DNA of 64,000 nt from Terrimicrobiaceae bacterium (GTDB taxonomy: Bacteria > Verrucomicrobiota > Verrucomicrobiia > Chthoniobacterales > Terrimicrobiaceae). The position numbers and the translations under genes were made by a program. Positions 38,425 through 48,237 of this stretch are shown here, piece by piece; within the stretch, counting starts at the first letter, position 1, and the number at the start of each line of letters is the position of its first letter. Where the stretch lies: positions 96,001-160,000 of the forward strand of contig JBGSVZ010000038.1 of NCBI GenBank assembly GCA_041752695.1, read 5' to 3'. The notes beneath the pieces are model-generated. The model was not told the DNA's origin, did not search any database, and worked only from the letters and a program-made list of their open reading frames with translations.

Positions 38425-38910
38425 ATGACTCCAATTCAGTCTCTACTCCAAAAACTCGGCATCCTCACTGAAAAGGTAGAGGCCATCGAGAAAACCCAGA
38501 ATCTCACCCCAAAACAGGGAGACAAAAAAGATGAAAATACAACCGACAAAGACGGCGACGGGGAAGGTGCTGGAGACGGCAACGGAACCGAAGGAAACGG
38601 AGACGACAAAGACAAAGACGGAGAAGAGCAAGCCCTCGGCGAAGCGCTCCAAGCCATCGAAGGACTGACCCAAAAGGTTACCTCGCTGGAGACCGGTTTC
38701 GCCACCTACAAGGCGGACCTGGACAAGTCTTTCAACGCCCGGGTGGACGCTGCTGCGCAAGAGAAGCTCGCCTCCGGGGCGGGAACTCCCCTTCAAACCG
38801 GCCCCGCGACAAAAGAAGATCGCGGTTCCCTCTCCACCAAAGGCCTCAAAGGTCGCGCCCTTACCGTTGCCTCCCTCGAATCTGAAAAGGCCGCTGCAAC
38901 CAAGAAGTAA
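38425..38910 (+). CDS. Probable scaffolding protein
   Basis: Acidic and coiled-coil; lies between protease and capsid. Confidence 0.6.
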   Translation: MTPIQSLLQKLGILTEKVEAIEKTQNLTPKQGDKKDENTTDKDGDGEGAGDGNGTEGNGDDKDKDGEEQALGEALQAIEGLTQKVTSLETGFATYKADLDKSFNARVDAAAQEKLASGAGTPLQTGPATKEDRGSLSTKGLKGRALTVASLESEKAAATKK

Positions 38911-38948
38911 TCAACCCCCCAAATTGACACCCCGAAGAAAGTAAAATT

Positions 38949-39911
38949 ATGGCAATCCTAACTGGAACAATGCGAGACGTGGCGGCCCTGCAAGGCCGTG
39001 ACAAAGTGGTTGGCGTCCTTGATGAGGTGCTTGGGAGCTTTCCTGAGCTGAACTCCATCCCGGGCCGCACGATCAACGGAACGACCTTCAAAGTCACCAT
39101 GCGTCGGAACAACCCCAAGGGTGGTTTCCGTCGCGCCAATGGCGGTGTCACCGTGGGAGCCGCTGGCTATTACGAGAAATTCGTCCAATGCTTCATTTAC
39201 GAAAACCCCATCATCGCAGACGCGAGCGTGGCGGAAGCGAATGAAGACGGACGTGAAGATTATCTCGCCGCACGTTCCGAGGAACATGCCGCTGGCGCTT
39301 TCGAAGGCCTCGGCGAACAAGTCTACTACGGCGAGGACAGCGAAGACGAACTCGGGTTCCCCGGCCTCAAAGCCCTCTGCGAAGATGAGAACCGCGTGAA
39401 CGCGACAGGCGCAAACGACGCGACGGCCTCCACCGCTTACCTCGTGCGAATCGGCACGGACGGTGTCCAGTTCCTCTTCGGAAATGGTCGCGGTCTGGAT
39501 ATCCCCGAGTTCCGCGAACAGGCAATGCCTGATCCTTCGGACGCCACGAAGATCATCCCCCGCGCTCTCGTGAGCCCCATGGGCCTTTGGATCGGCCTCC
39601 AAGCCATCCACCCCAAATGCATCGTTAAGGTCAACAACCTCAACACCGCAGCGGGCAAAGGCATGACCGACGCCCTCGGACAGGCCGCCCTGGAACTCAT
39701 GCCCGCCGGGTTCCGCAACGACAAAGCCCGCCTCCGCTGGCTTATGAACGGCCGCACAGTCGGACAGGTGCAAACCTCCCGCACTGCGGTGTCCCAAGTG
39801 GCCTACAAAAACGGTGCCGTGGCTGACCGCCCCACCGAAATCCACGGGATCCAAATCATCGAAACCGACTCCATCAAAATTGGGGCCGCTGAATACGAAG
39901 TGTTCGCGTAA
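38949..39911 (+). CDS. Major capsid protein
   Basis: GFRRANGG, QVYYG...GFPGL, PTEIHGIQIIETDSI; 320 aa; position in the head operon. Confidence 0.85.
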   Translation: MAILTGTMRDVAALQGRDKVVGVLDEVLGSFPELNSIPGRTINGTTFKVTMRRNNPKGGFRRANGGVTVGAAGYYEKFVQCFIYENPIIADASVAEANEDGREDYLAARSEEHAAGAFEGLGEQVYYGEDSEDELGFPGLKALCEDENRVNATGANDATASTAYLVRIGTDGVQFLFGNGRGLDIPEFREQAMPDPSDATKIIPRALVSPMGLWIGLQAIHPKCIVKVNNLNTAAGKGMTDALGQAALELMPAGFRNDKARLRWLMNGRTVGQVQTSRTAVSQVAYKNGAVADRPTEIHGIQIIETDSIKIGAAEYEVFA

Positions 39912-39946
39912 TCGAAACCTCAAACGAAAGAGAAAGACCCAAAATT

Positions 39947-40348
39947 ATGATCGGAGCACGAAACATCGAAGACGAAAACTTCTACGTCGAAAAGGCGGTG
40001 GCCGCTGCGGCTGCCACTGCCTACACGGATTCCCTGGACCTTGTCGGAGAAAAGTTCTTCGCAGAGAACATCGAATTCATCGTCGGACACGAGGCACTTC
40101 CTGACTTGGTGGACGATAAAACCCTCACCTTGTCCCTCGAACAGAGTGACGACAACGTCACTTTCGAGGCACACGCGGACGTGGCGGCCCTTGTCACCAC
40201 GGGCGTGGACACTCCCGGTGCGGACGCGGCCCACAGCCGTTTCCGGCTCCCCTCGGGGACCAAACGATACATCCGAGCAAAGGGTGTGACGCTGGCCGCT
40301 GCGGGCGACAACACCGCCGCGAAGTTCTACCTCAAAGCGAAATTCTAA
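39947..40348 (+). CDS. Capsid decoration/cement-like protein
   Basis: LEQSDDNVTF, RFRLP...KRYIR; follows the major capsid gene. Confidence 0.6.
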   Translation: MIGARNIEDENFYVEKAVAAAAATAYTDSLDLVGEKFFAENIEFIVGHEALPDLVDDKTLTLSLEQSDDNVTFEAHADVAALVTTGVDTPGADAAHSRFRLPSGTKRYIRAKGVTLAAAGDNTAAKFYLKAKF

Positions 40349-40351
40349 GAG

Positions 40352-40738
40352 GTGGCCGGAGAGCTGAAATCACAGATTTCGCTGACGTATCAGAAGGACG
40401 GGGTAAAGAAAGTAATTACCCCGGCCGACTCTCTGGTGGCGGTTGATATCGCAGACCCTATTGCGATTGATAACATCCAAGTCATCGGGACGGCTGGAGA
40501 AAATCTCTTGGTTGGCGACGTGGTAAATATCGCATTTATTTACGTCAAAAATTTGGACCAAACCAACTACGTCGAGGTTTACACCTCAGGAGCTTATGCG
40601 GGATACAAAAACCGCCTCCTCCCGGGCGAAGACATGTTAGTACGCAGGCCGAAATTCCCCGCAGACGCACTTGTCCCTTTCGGCGCACAGGCAAATACAG
40701 CCAACTGCAAAGTTCGGGTAGTCATAGGTAGTCTCTAA
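40352..40738 (+). CDS. Hypothetical virion protein
   Basis: Beta-rich 128 aa (YVKNLDQTNYVEV, LLPGE, AQANTA). Confidence 0.65.
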   Translation: MAGELKSQISLTYQKDGVKKVITPADSLVAVDIADPIAIDNIQVIGTAGENLLVGDVVNIAFIYVKNLDQTNYVEVYTSGAYAGYKNRLLPGEDMLVRRPKFPADALVPFGAQANTANCKVRVVIGSL

Positions 40739-40761
40739 CAAATTCTGGTCGAGTGCATGGG

Positions 40762-40795
40762 CCGGGACTCTCTGAAAATGGGAGTCCCGGTTTTT
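40762..40795 (+). terminator. Intrinsic terminator after the head genes
   Basis: CCGGGACTC...GAGTCCCGG followed by TTTTT. Confidence 0.8.
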
Positions 40796-40819
40796 GCGTT
40801 TTGACCTCGCCCCCTTACC

Positions 40820-41128
40820 ATGACACCTCGCGAAGAAGCCGCACAGGCCTTGCAAGAATGCGCCTCCCCAGACGTCGCCGGGGAATCCCTCTGGATCGGA
40901 GAGGCTGAGTACTTTGGCTTTTTTGGTCCCCCTCAAATTGGCCTCGAGTACATCCCAGGCAAAACCCTCCTGAAGGTCGAATTCACCGCCCTGATCCCAA
41001 AGGCGCAAATGCAAACCCAACCCGACCAAAACCTACCGTGCCAGGCCAAAGGGAAAAACCTCCGCATTGCCAAACTGGACGACGCCCACATTTCGTGGCG
41101 GTTGCATTTGACTAACGCCAAGGCGTAA
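40820..41128 (+). CDS. Head-tail joining protein (FII-like position)
   Basis: Size and position. Confidence 0.5.
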   Translation: MTPREEAAQALQECASPDVAGESLWIGEAEYFGFFGPPQIGLEYIPGKTLLKVEFTALIPKAQMQTQPDQNLPCQAKGKNLRIAKLDDAHISWRLHLTNAKA

Positions 41129-41130
41129 CC

Positions 41131-41586
41131 ATGAACGCCATTGAATACGCTGTAGAGGAGGCTGTGATTGCCCTCCTCAAATTTCACGAAACCCTTGCAG
41201 ACAAGGAAATAACCCGCCACGACGACAACGCGGAAGACGAGGAGTTTGCGGGGATCATGGTTTCTGCGGAAGTTGAGAGTGCGGTCACCAGAAGCTCTAC
41301 AAACGCCCTGGGGCGCCGAGTTGATGACCTAGAGGTTTCGATAGATCTCCGAGGGCTTATCTTCGACGTGGACCATGCCACCGTTTCCGGCCTCTGGCGG
41401 GCCATCAACGACGCGCTCCTGAAACCGGAAGCCGGAGCTGCGGCCTTGCCTGAGTTTGCGCCAGAAACTACGTCCTTCCGAACCTTAGCGATTATGGGCG
41501 AGGTCACCTCGAAAAGAGAGGATCAGGAAGAGCGTAGAACACACGTTCGGATCTTCAAAATCCGCGCTGGGCTGGGCGTGAGTTGA
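41131..41586 (+). CDS. Tail terminator-like protein
   Basis: Acidic 151 aa preceding the tail tube candidate. Confidence 0.5.
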   Translation: MNAIEYAVEEAVIALLKFHETLADKEITRHDDNAEDEEFAGIMVSAEVESAVTRSSTNALGRRVDDLEVSIDLRGLIFDVDHATVSGLWRAINDALLKPEAGAAALPEFAPETTSFRTLAIMGEVTSKREDQEERRTHVRIFKIRAGLGVS

Positions 41587-41602
41587 CGCCTGAAAGGTCA
41601 GT

Positions 41603-41965
41603 ATGACAGTCTTAGTTAATCTCGACGGTTTCGATATGGGTCTCAGCGCAGACGAGACCGGCCTCAACATGGAGTCTTTCGAGCAAAAGACAGCCAAGAA
41701 AGAAATCGAAGTACCTAACCGCGTCGGAAATACGCGTGGCGTCGCCCTCTACGATATCCATTTGGAAGTCACCTGGAGCGGCGAAACCGTCGCTGACCCC
41801 ACAGACGAAATCGGCGACATCATCACGCTCCTCAACCTCGTTGCCCTCGGTGGCGTGGAAAGTGGCGCTGTCATCCTTTACGAGCTGACTCTCACCCTGG
41901 GGCGTGAAGCTATGCGGAAACTCTCCGGCATGGCTAAGCAATTCCCCGGCATCCCCGCCGTGTAA
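41603..41965 (+). CDS. Probable major tail (tube) protein
   Basis: Beta-rich 120 aa, followed by a terminator and upstream of the tail chaperone. Confidence 0.55.
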   Translation: MTVLVNLDGFDMGLSADETGLNMESFEQKTAKKEIEVPNRVGNTRGVALYDIHLEVTWSGETVADPTDEIGDIITLLNLVALGGVESGAVILYELTLTLGREAMRKLSGMAKQFPGIPAV

Positions 41966-41966
41966 A

Positions 41967-41996
41967 GCGGGGGGTAAAACCCCCGCCTCCCTTTTT
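41967..41996 (+). terminator. Probable terminator hairpin
   Basis: GCGGGGG-GTAAAA-CCCCCGC then CTCCCTTTTT. Confidence 0.55.
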
Positions 41997-42007
41997 ATCC
42001 CAATATC

Positions 42008-42604
42008 ATGCAAACCAAAAACCTAGTCAGAAAACAAAAGGAAGTCGCATACACTTCCTCGACGAACCAAGCCGCTGCGCTCCTCGCCCTCGGCTGCAAA
42101 TTCTCCACCCTCCCCCCCAAAGAGCCGGGTGGAAAGCCTCGGGCACAAGTCGTCCGGGTTTACACCGAAAAGAGACCCCCAGGAACCACCGGGGAAGTCA
42201 CTTATTTTTTCGAAGGGAAGTCCTCCGAATACCCCCAGACAGACACCCGGGCAATTATCGGGGAATGGCACCTCGCCCGGGAAGGCCGCCACAAGTTGGA
42301 AGGTCGTGGGGACGCTGCGGAGGAATTCGAGAAGACCTTCAAGGCCCTTGCAGAGGCCATCCAGAAGCAAAACTTCAATGGAGCAAATAAGCTCCTGAGG
42401 GATCTCACCCTTTGGCTCCCGCTGGCCATTGCCGTTGCCATGCGAAACGCCCTGGAGACCCGGGACAGCCTCATGAAGGAATGGGTTTACGATCTGGAGA
42501 AACTCTCCGCCGTCGTCCTCGAAAAAGACGCAGACGGCCACCCCCTCAGTCTTCGAGGGCAGAACCTTTCCCCCGCCAAGGCCGCCCTTCTGGATAACCG
42601 CTAA
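42008..42604 (+). CDS. Hypothetical phage protein
   Basis: 198-aa ORF in the tail region. Confidence 0.7.
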   Translation: MQTKNLVRKQKEVAYTSSTNQAAALLALGCKFSTLPPKEPGGKPRAQVVRVYTEKRPPGTTGEVTYFFEGKSSEYPQTDTRAIIGEWHLAREGRHKLEGRGDAAEEFEKTFKALAEAIQKQNFNGANKLLRDLTLWLPLAIAVAMRNALETRDSLMKEWVYDLEKLSAVVLEKDADGHPLSLRGQNLSPAKAALLDNR

Positions 42605-42619
42605 AACAAAATCATCACC

Positions 42620-43159
42620 ATGAAAAACGACGAAGCATATCTCGCCCCGGAAGGGGAAGAACTCCCCAAGAATGAAGCCGCGCTCCGCCAAGGCGTTGCA
42701 GGCTTCGAATTCCAAGGCAAAGCGTTGGAGCCCTACTGCGCTGGCCGTAGGATGGCCGCTGACGCCATGGGGCTGAAGTTTGGCAAGTTCTCACCAACGG
42801 AGGCGGCTAAAATGGACGCCCTGGCAAAGTTGATGGAGGAAAATCCGGACAACGAGGAAATTGACTTCACGCCTTTTCTTTATCCTGGAGTTGTCCTCGA
42901 CGTGGCAATGGTCGTGTGCCTCTGCTCCAAGCCTCGCAGTTTCGCCATGAAGGCCATGCGCAAGCCTGACTGGGGCATGGAAGAAGTTGCCACGTGGGCG
43001 GACAAAGCGGGCCTGATCTGGCCTTCTGAGGCATTCACGGAGGGCTACAAACTCTTCATGCAGCTCATCGCAAATGTGAACGCCGGGAGCGGCAAATTCA
43101 AAGCCCAACCCAACCCGGACGGCAAGGCCCCCAAGAAGGTTGACCGCCCAAAAAACTAA
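42620..43159 (+). CDS. Tail assembly chaperone (gpG-like)
   Basis: Ends CCA AAA AAC TAA (slippery site); upstream of the tape measure gene. Confidence 0.7.
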   Translation: MKNDEAYLAPEGEELPKNEAALRQGVAGFEFQGKALEPYCAGRRMAADAMGLKFGKFSPTEAAKMDALAKLMEENPDNEEIDFTPFLYPGVVLDVAMVVCLCSKPRSFAMKAMRKPDWGMEEVATWADKAGLIWPSEAFTEGYKLFMQLIANVNAGSGKFKAQPNPDGKAPKKVDRPKN

Positions 43160-43383
43160 TCCAGCCGTCGCCAACGCTGGAACTCTTCGCGGCTGCGGCG
43201 GCTGTCATCCCATCACTGACCCGCGAAGAGATGCTGTGGGAGATCCCTTACTGGGAACTCCTTCAACTCGAAGTGATTTACGCCCGTAGAAACCGCGTGG
43301 ATTGCATCCAGGCGACCCCCCAACATAAACGAAAATCATCCCTCTGGGAGAAACTCCAAGCCCTACGAAAAACAAATGGCTGA
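43150..43383 (+). CDS. -1 frameshift extension (gpGT-like) of the tail chaperone
   Basis: The -1 frame is open from A AAA AAC to TGA 43381-43383: KKLIQPSPTLELF...LTREEMLWEIPYWELLQL...KTNG. Confidence 0.7.
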   Translation, partial: KKLIQPSPTLELFAAAAAVIPSLTREEMLWEIPYWELLQLEVIYARRNRVDCIQATPQHKRKSSLWEKLQALRKTNG

Positions 43384-43933
43384 TTCTGGTCTAGTCCTAG
43401 ATACCGCCTCGTTTTCGCGTTCGATTTCGTCTTATATCACGCTGTCGCAGCGGGACGCGGCGAACGAGCTGAATCGCCGTATGCGGCAGGTTATAAGCAT
43501 TGCCATCCGGTTCACAAAAGAGGCGGACAAAGGCAAAATCCGGTCCTACATGAAAGGCACCGGCCGGGACGGCATGCCGGGGGCGTTGATGTATCGCCTT
43601 GTGCCTGGAAAGGGCCTCACGAGGGCGGAGAGAGCGAAGAAAGCCCGTGGGCTCTTGGGGCGGGCACTTTCCTCTGTTGCCTATATCAAACGAGGCTACG
43701 CAAAAGGCTTGGGGGCTTTTGGTGGCAAGCAAGCAAAGCTCAAATCTGGAAAATCGGCGGAGAAAGGCTGGGGCAAAAAGGCGTCCTACCGGCGTCTTGT
43801 GGCGGAGTTCGCAAACATGTCCTTCGGGGCGGACGAAATCTCTGGGCCGGTCCTACAGGCTGCAATCGACGAGGTAACGGACGACATGCTCGATTACATC
43901 TTCGATAAGCTGTCGAAGAACTGGGCACGTTGA
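43376..43933 (+). CDS. Basic tail-completion-like protein (HK97 gp10-like)
   Basis: Lys/Arg-rich 185 aa ending GPVLQAAIDEV. Confidence 0.5.
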   Translation: MADSGLVLDTASFSRSISSYITLSQRDAANELNRRMRQVISIAIRFTKEADKGKIRSYMKGTGRDGMPGALMYRLVPGKGLTRAERAKKARGLLGRALSSVAYIKRGYAKGLGAFGGKQAKLKSGKSAEKGWGKKASYRRLVAEFANMSFGADEISGPVLQAAIDEVTDDMLDYIFDKLSKNWAR

Positions 43934-43949
43934 CTGACCACGCAAAACG

Positions 43950-46052
43950 ATGGCTAAAACAAAAGAGCTTAGGGGAAAACTGACCCTCGACATTTCGAGC
44001 TTCCGCAACTCCCTGCGGAGTGCGATGTCTATCGTCGCGGCAAACGCCACGGCGGCCCGGAGCGTTTTCCGCGGGGCGTTTGTGATTCCCGCCTCGGTCA
44101 TCTCTGCACCATTCCGCACGGCTTTTGCTGGCGTCACAGGGATGGCCCGGACAGCCGCGTCCCAGGTCAAAGGGATCATGGGAGCCGTGGGCATCGCCGG
44201 TCTGATCGGGGGAGCCATCGGAGGGGCGGTATCGCTTGGGGGGAGTATAGGAGCTGCGGCAAACTTTGAGACCGCCGGCCTACAATTCGAGACACTACTA
44301 GGATCTGCGCAGGCCGCCCAAAAGCGTCTCGCCGAGTTAGCAAAATTTGGGGCAGAAACCCCGTTTGACCTTCCGGAGGTACTGGCATCCTCGAAGGTCC
44401 TTCAAGTCTTCACAAAAGGCGTACTAGCCTCGGGAAAAGGCCTCACGCTGGTTGGCGATATTGCGGCTGGCACAAACCAACCCTTCCAGGACGTAGCCTT
44501 CTGGGTTGGCCGCATGTATGACGCCTTGAGTAGTGGCCGCCCCGCTGGAGAGGCATTCTTCCGCCTACAAGAGATGGGGGCAATCTCCGGGGATCTACGC
44601 TCCAAGCTGGAGAAAATGGCCGAGGGAGGCGCAACCGACAAAATGCAAGGGAAACTCAAATCCCTGGCAGAAACGGCCGCGTCTGGCGGGAAAGACATCC
44701 AAGAACTGGAAGATAAACTTACCTACCTCCAACAGAGCTTGGACGGGGCCTCTGTGAAGCAACAGAGCGGCATTGAACGGCAAGTTGCTCAACTCCAAGA
44801 CAAGATCGCCTCGAAGAGAGGGGACTTCACGCGGACAACAGAGGAAATCAACAAACTGCAAACCAGTATGCAGGGGGCAGGCGGAAATGCTGGCAGAATT
44901 TGGGAAGAATTCACCAAAGGCACCTCGCAATTCTCCGGCGGAATGAAGAAGCTTTCGGGCTCTTTTTCGGGCCTGATGTCAAACTTCCGAGACACCTTCG
45001 GAGCCATCCAGCGGGCGTTTGGGTTCCCGATTATCGACGCCCTGAAGCCTGTCATTGCGTGGGCAATCGCGAACCTTTCCACGCTAGAAGGGCACGCCCG
45101 AAACCTCGGGACCCAGATTGGTGCGTTCATCACGGGCGTTTTTGAGTCGGCCAAGGAAGGGAACCTTGCGCAGTTTTTGTTCGGGGAGGAATGGGGAGCA
45201 AAGCTCAACGCGGCGATTGAAGGAGTAAAGGAATTTTTCACCCTGCTGCAAAGCGGGGAAGGCATCCAAAAGCTTTTCGAAGGAGCCAAAGAAGCCATGA
45301 AAACGGCTGGAGATTATTTCATCGGCGGGATCAAGACCGGCTTGGACATCCTCGGGACAACCCTTGCTACGCTGTTTTCTGGCGACACCTGGAGCGGTTT
45401 TGCAAACACCCTTGTGGGAGCTGCGCAAATCTTTGGAGGAGCCCTCTTGGAGGCTTTTCAGGATCCTGTCATCTACTTTCAAACAGCCATCGAGCACGCT
45501 GTAAACCAAGCTGTCGTAGCGATCTCTAAAATCTACGATTACATGAGCGCCGCCCCTCGGGCAGTGGCTTCCGTGGCAACCCTCGGCCTTGCGAATATCC
45601 CCAAGCCCAGCGAGGTCATAAAGGGACAACTCCCAGGCATGTTCGAAAACGCTGAAAAGAGTTTCGATGACATCCTCACGGAACGAAAAGCGGCCGGCGG
45701 AACGTTCCTTGGTTACAACCCTCAAGAGCTGCGGAACATAGGTACAAGTACCTTAGGCCGGGGCGGAGAAACCCTCGCGGCTGTAGGCTCAAATCTCTCA
45801 CAAGAGGTCATGAAAAATGTCCAGGAATACGCCCCAGCGACTTACTTTCGGGAAATGCCACGCGTCGAGAAACGCTGGACGGCGGAGGAAATGTCAGCAG
45901 ACCTGGACTCCCGGGCGCAGGCAACCGACGACAAGGCGCTTATGGATCAACTGCAGTCCTTGAAAATCATGGAGGGCGAAATGTTGAACCAGTCGGAACA
46001 AATCAGTCTGATCCTCAAAGCCGTCGAACTCGGGCTGACAACCTCCTCATAA
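43950..46052 (+). CDS. Tape measure protein
   Basis: FETLLGS, FGAETPFDLPEV, VGDIAAG, SFSGLMSNFRD; Ala/Gly-rich 700 aa. Confidence 0.9.
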   Translation: MAKTKELRGKLTLDISSFRNSLRSAMSIVAANATAARSVFRGAFVIPASVISAPFRTAFAGVTGMARTAASQVKGIMGAVGIAGLIGGAIGGAVSLGGSIGAAANFETAGLQFETLLGSAQAAQKRLAELAKFGAETPFDLPEVLASSKVLQVFTKGVLASGKGLTLVGDIAAGTNQPFQDVAFWVGRMYDALSSGRPAGEAFFRLQEMGAISGDLRSKLEKMAEGGATDKMQGKLKSLAETAASGGKDIQELEDKLTYLQQSLDGASVKQQSGIERQVAQLQDKIASKRGDFTRTTEEINKLQTSMQGAGGNAGRIWEEFTKGTSQFSGGMKKLSGSFSGLMSNFRDTFGAIQRAFGFPIIDALKPVIAWAIANLSTLEGHARNLGTQIGAFITGVFESAKEGNLAQFLFGEEWGAKLNAAIEGVKEFFTLLQSGEGIQKLFEGAKEAMKTAGDYFIGGIKTGLDILGTTLATLFSGDTWSGFANTLVGAAQIFGGALLEAFQDPVIYFQTAIEHAVNQAVVAISKIYDYMSAAPRAVASVATLGLANIPKPSEVIKGQLPGMFENAEKSFDDILTERKAAGGTFLGYNPQELRNIGTSTLGRGGETLAAVGSNLSQEVMKNVQEYAPATYFREMPRVEKRWTAEEMSADLDSRAQATDDKALMDQLQSLKIMEGEMLNQSEQISLILKAVELGLTTSS

Positions 46053-46053
46053 C

Positions 46054-46941
46054 ATGGCAATCGACATAGACACTATCGTGAGGCAGGGAGATCTGGCCTG
46101 GGGGGAACTCCCGGGGCGCAAGGGCTCTTGGTACGACGCGGACGGCCTCAAAAATATCGAGACATCCTACTCATGCAGGGAGGATGAAATCGAAATTTCC
46201 ATCCCCGCCATTGGCGACGAACACCCCGACGACCCCACGCTGTTTGTGGTGGACGTCATCCCCGTCTATGGCCCCGGGGGGCAGACGGAAACCAGGATCA
46301 TCTACAAAGGCGGGGCGGCAAATGAGGATGGAATCATCCTGCGGCCCGGTGTGGCGGTCCCGATTCGTGCGGGCAATTCCACCACCAAAACGCTGACCGT
46401 AAAAGGGATCCAGAAATGGAAGAGCCCGCCCCCTATGATTTCGATCACAGGCGAGGTAGAAACTTCCTTCAACATCCGTTTTAGGGGCGATTCCGTGTCC
46501 TACAAATATGGTAGAACTGGCTTCTCGTTCGTTCGTGCCTGGGAGGCTCTTGCGGAGACGGATTTGCCCCTGGAAGTCGTTATCATCTCGAAAAGCCCTT
46601 CCGAGTCCGTCGACAGCATCCTGCGGACAAATGCGAAGATCGTTACCCAGAAAAAAGAGAACCCAAGTTCCCTTGGGACTTTCATTTATATCCACATCGC
46701 CCCGGACGGGACGGAGTACGTTTCGAGTGGCATCGGAGACCCCGAGGACTACGCCGGCTGGATCATCCGAGACGAGGTCATCAGGTACGGGATTGATGAT
46801 GGTTTCACTTTGGAAACTATCGAAATGCAGCGGATTTCCTCGCTGCAAACGGACGAACTTTGCCCCGGGCTCTATCGGATCTCGGAGACTTGGGAAATTG
46901 AAGGCGTCCCTGATGACGGAATCGTTGAGGAGGAAGAATGA
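46054..46941 (+). CDS. Tail tip/distal tail protein (putative)
   Basis: Directly follows the tape measure gene; PAIGDEHPDDPTL. Confidence 0.6.
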   Translation: MAIDIDTIVRQGDLAWGELPGRKGSWYDADGLKNIETSYSCREDEIEISIPAIGDEHPDDPTLFVVDVIPVYGPGGQTETRIIYKGGAANEDGIILRPGVAVPIRAGNSTTKTLTVKGIQKWKSPPPMISITGEVETSFNIRFRGDSVSYKYGRTGFSFVRAWEALAETDLPLEVVIISKSPSESVDSILRTNAKIVTQKKENPSSLGTFIYIHIAPDGTEYVSSGIGDPEDYAGWIIRDEVIRYGIDDGFTLETIEMQRISSLQTDELCPGLYRISETWEIEGVPDDGIVEEEE

Positions 46942-47315
46942 AATTTGACCTGAAAGAACTGGTTCGCCTCCCGGCTTTCCTCTCGCCTGTCATGGCGAAA
47001 TTCAACCAAGTCGTGCGGGCCGTCCGCTGGCTTCTGGCTGTCCAAGATTCAGAGTTCATTTTCATACGTAGGGACTCTACGGGCTGGGCCGTAGAGTTGA
47101 AAATGGACAAGGTCGCCACGGCTGTAGGTGTGCCCGGGGCTGTCGAAGAGGCGTCCTCCGGGGGGACATCATTGCCTGCCGAAATCCAACCTCGCCTGAT
47201 TCGTTTCTGTAACACAGTGGATGGACAAAAATATTACATGTGGGTCCTCGGTTGGGAACCAACTCTTGCCTCTCTGGGCGAACCAGACGCCCAGGTGTGG
47301 CCTCCATCCGTATGA
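46938..47315 (+). CDS. Hypothetical tail protein
   Basis: ATGA-coupled. Confidence 0.6.
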   Translation: MKFDLKELVRLPAFLSPVMAKFNQVVRAVRWLLAVQDSEFIFIRRDSTGWAVELKMDKVATAVGVPGAVEEASSGGTSLPAEIQPRLIRFCNTVDGQKYYMWVLGWEPTLASLGEPDAQVWPPSV

Positions 47316-47881
47316 ATGACCTAGATCAATATTGCGGGGACTGCGAAGATACAGGGACTTGCCTAGAGAAGATACCTACAGGCGCCGACGCGGTCGTTTT
47401 AGGGGAATGGGCAAGCACGAATAACCGCTGCTATTTCGCAATCAACGGGGCGGCCCAAATCCCGAACACGGCAGGCTCTGCTTTAATGTATTGTCGTTTG
47501 AGTATCTATAGCAGGGACACCCCGGGGATCGGAGGGACACCCGTCGCGGCTCCTGTAGATCTGACATTTTCGGTGTTCCCTTCGACATACCCTTACGCTC
47601 CGCCATTTGGTCCACCTTTTGGTTGGCCAGCGGAAGGTTACGAATGCCCGGACACGTGGGAGTACCCAAAGATGACAACAACTCTCCTCGCTGGAGAAAC
47701 AGACCTCGTGACCTGGATGGCTGTCCCTTGGGTCCGGGCGTCGGACTTACCATTTTTGCCTTTTCCGAAAGAGGCTACCTACGCCCCACAAGGGCGTTGG
47801 GCTCTGGAGGTTTACAAAGACCCCACCGCAGCGAGTGGCCACTTTACGTGTTTATGCGATTTCTGGCTGGATACTTTCTGA
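47312..47881 (+). CDS. Hypothetical Cys-containing tail protein
   Basis: ATGA-coupled start MNDLDQYCGDC. Confidence 0.6.
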   Translation: MNDLDQYCGDCEDTGTCLEKIPTGADAVVLGEWASTNNRCYFAINGAAQIPNTAGSALMYCRLSIYSRDTPGIGGTPVAAPVDLTFSVFPSTYPYAPPFGPPFGWPAEGYECPDTWEYPKMTTTLLAGETDLVTWMAVPWVRASDLPFLPFPKEATYAPQGRWALEVYKDPTAASGHFTCLCDFWLDTF

Positions 47882-48216
47882 CTTGGGCTCAACTGGAGAA
47901 GTTCTCGGAGACCCAAAGGCAGGCATTCTCCAAAGTAGGAGAGCAAGTCCCCGGCGGGCTCAAAGTCACCCCCAAAGATTACCACCGAATCAAAGGCCGG
48001 AACCCGCTGGTTTCCGCCACCCAGGCCGCCGTGAACTGGGCCGCCTCGGGATTTGCCGTTGTTTCGCCGGAAGAGGCCGCCAAGCGCCTTGCAACGTGTG
48101 AGAGGTGCGAACACTGGGGCGCGGGCGTCCTTGGCGTCATGCGCTGCGGCCTCTGCAAATGCACGCGGCTAAAGCACCAGCTCGCAACAGAGCGGTGTCC
48201 GGCTGGTAAGTGGTAG
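47854..48216 (+). CDS. Cys-rich small phage protein
   Basis: RLATCERCEHW...RCGLCKC...ATERCPAGKW. Start uncertain. Confidence 0.65.
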   Translation: MRFLAGYFLTWAQLEKFSETQRQAFSKVGEQVPGGLKVTPKDYHRIKGRNPLVSATQAAVNWAASGFAVVSPEEAAKRLATCERCEHWGAGVLGVMRCGLCKCTRLKHQLATERCPAGKW

Positions 48217-48237
48217 ATTTGACGCAGGGGCTTCACC

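Noticed and set aside
38958..39923. 321-aa minus-strand ORF opposite the capsid gene, and similar long antisense ORFs at 11048-12103, 7906-8961 and 60153-61487
   Set aside because: Expected shadows in high-GC coding DNA; the opposite strand carries clear family motifs.
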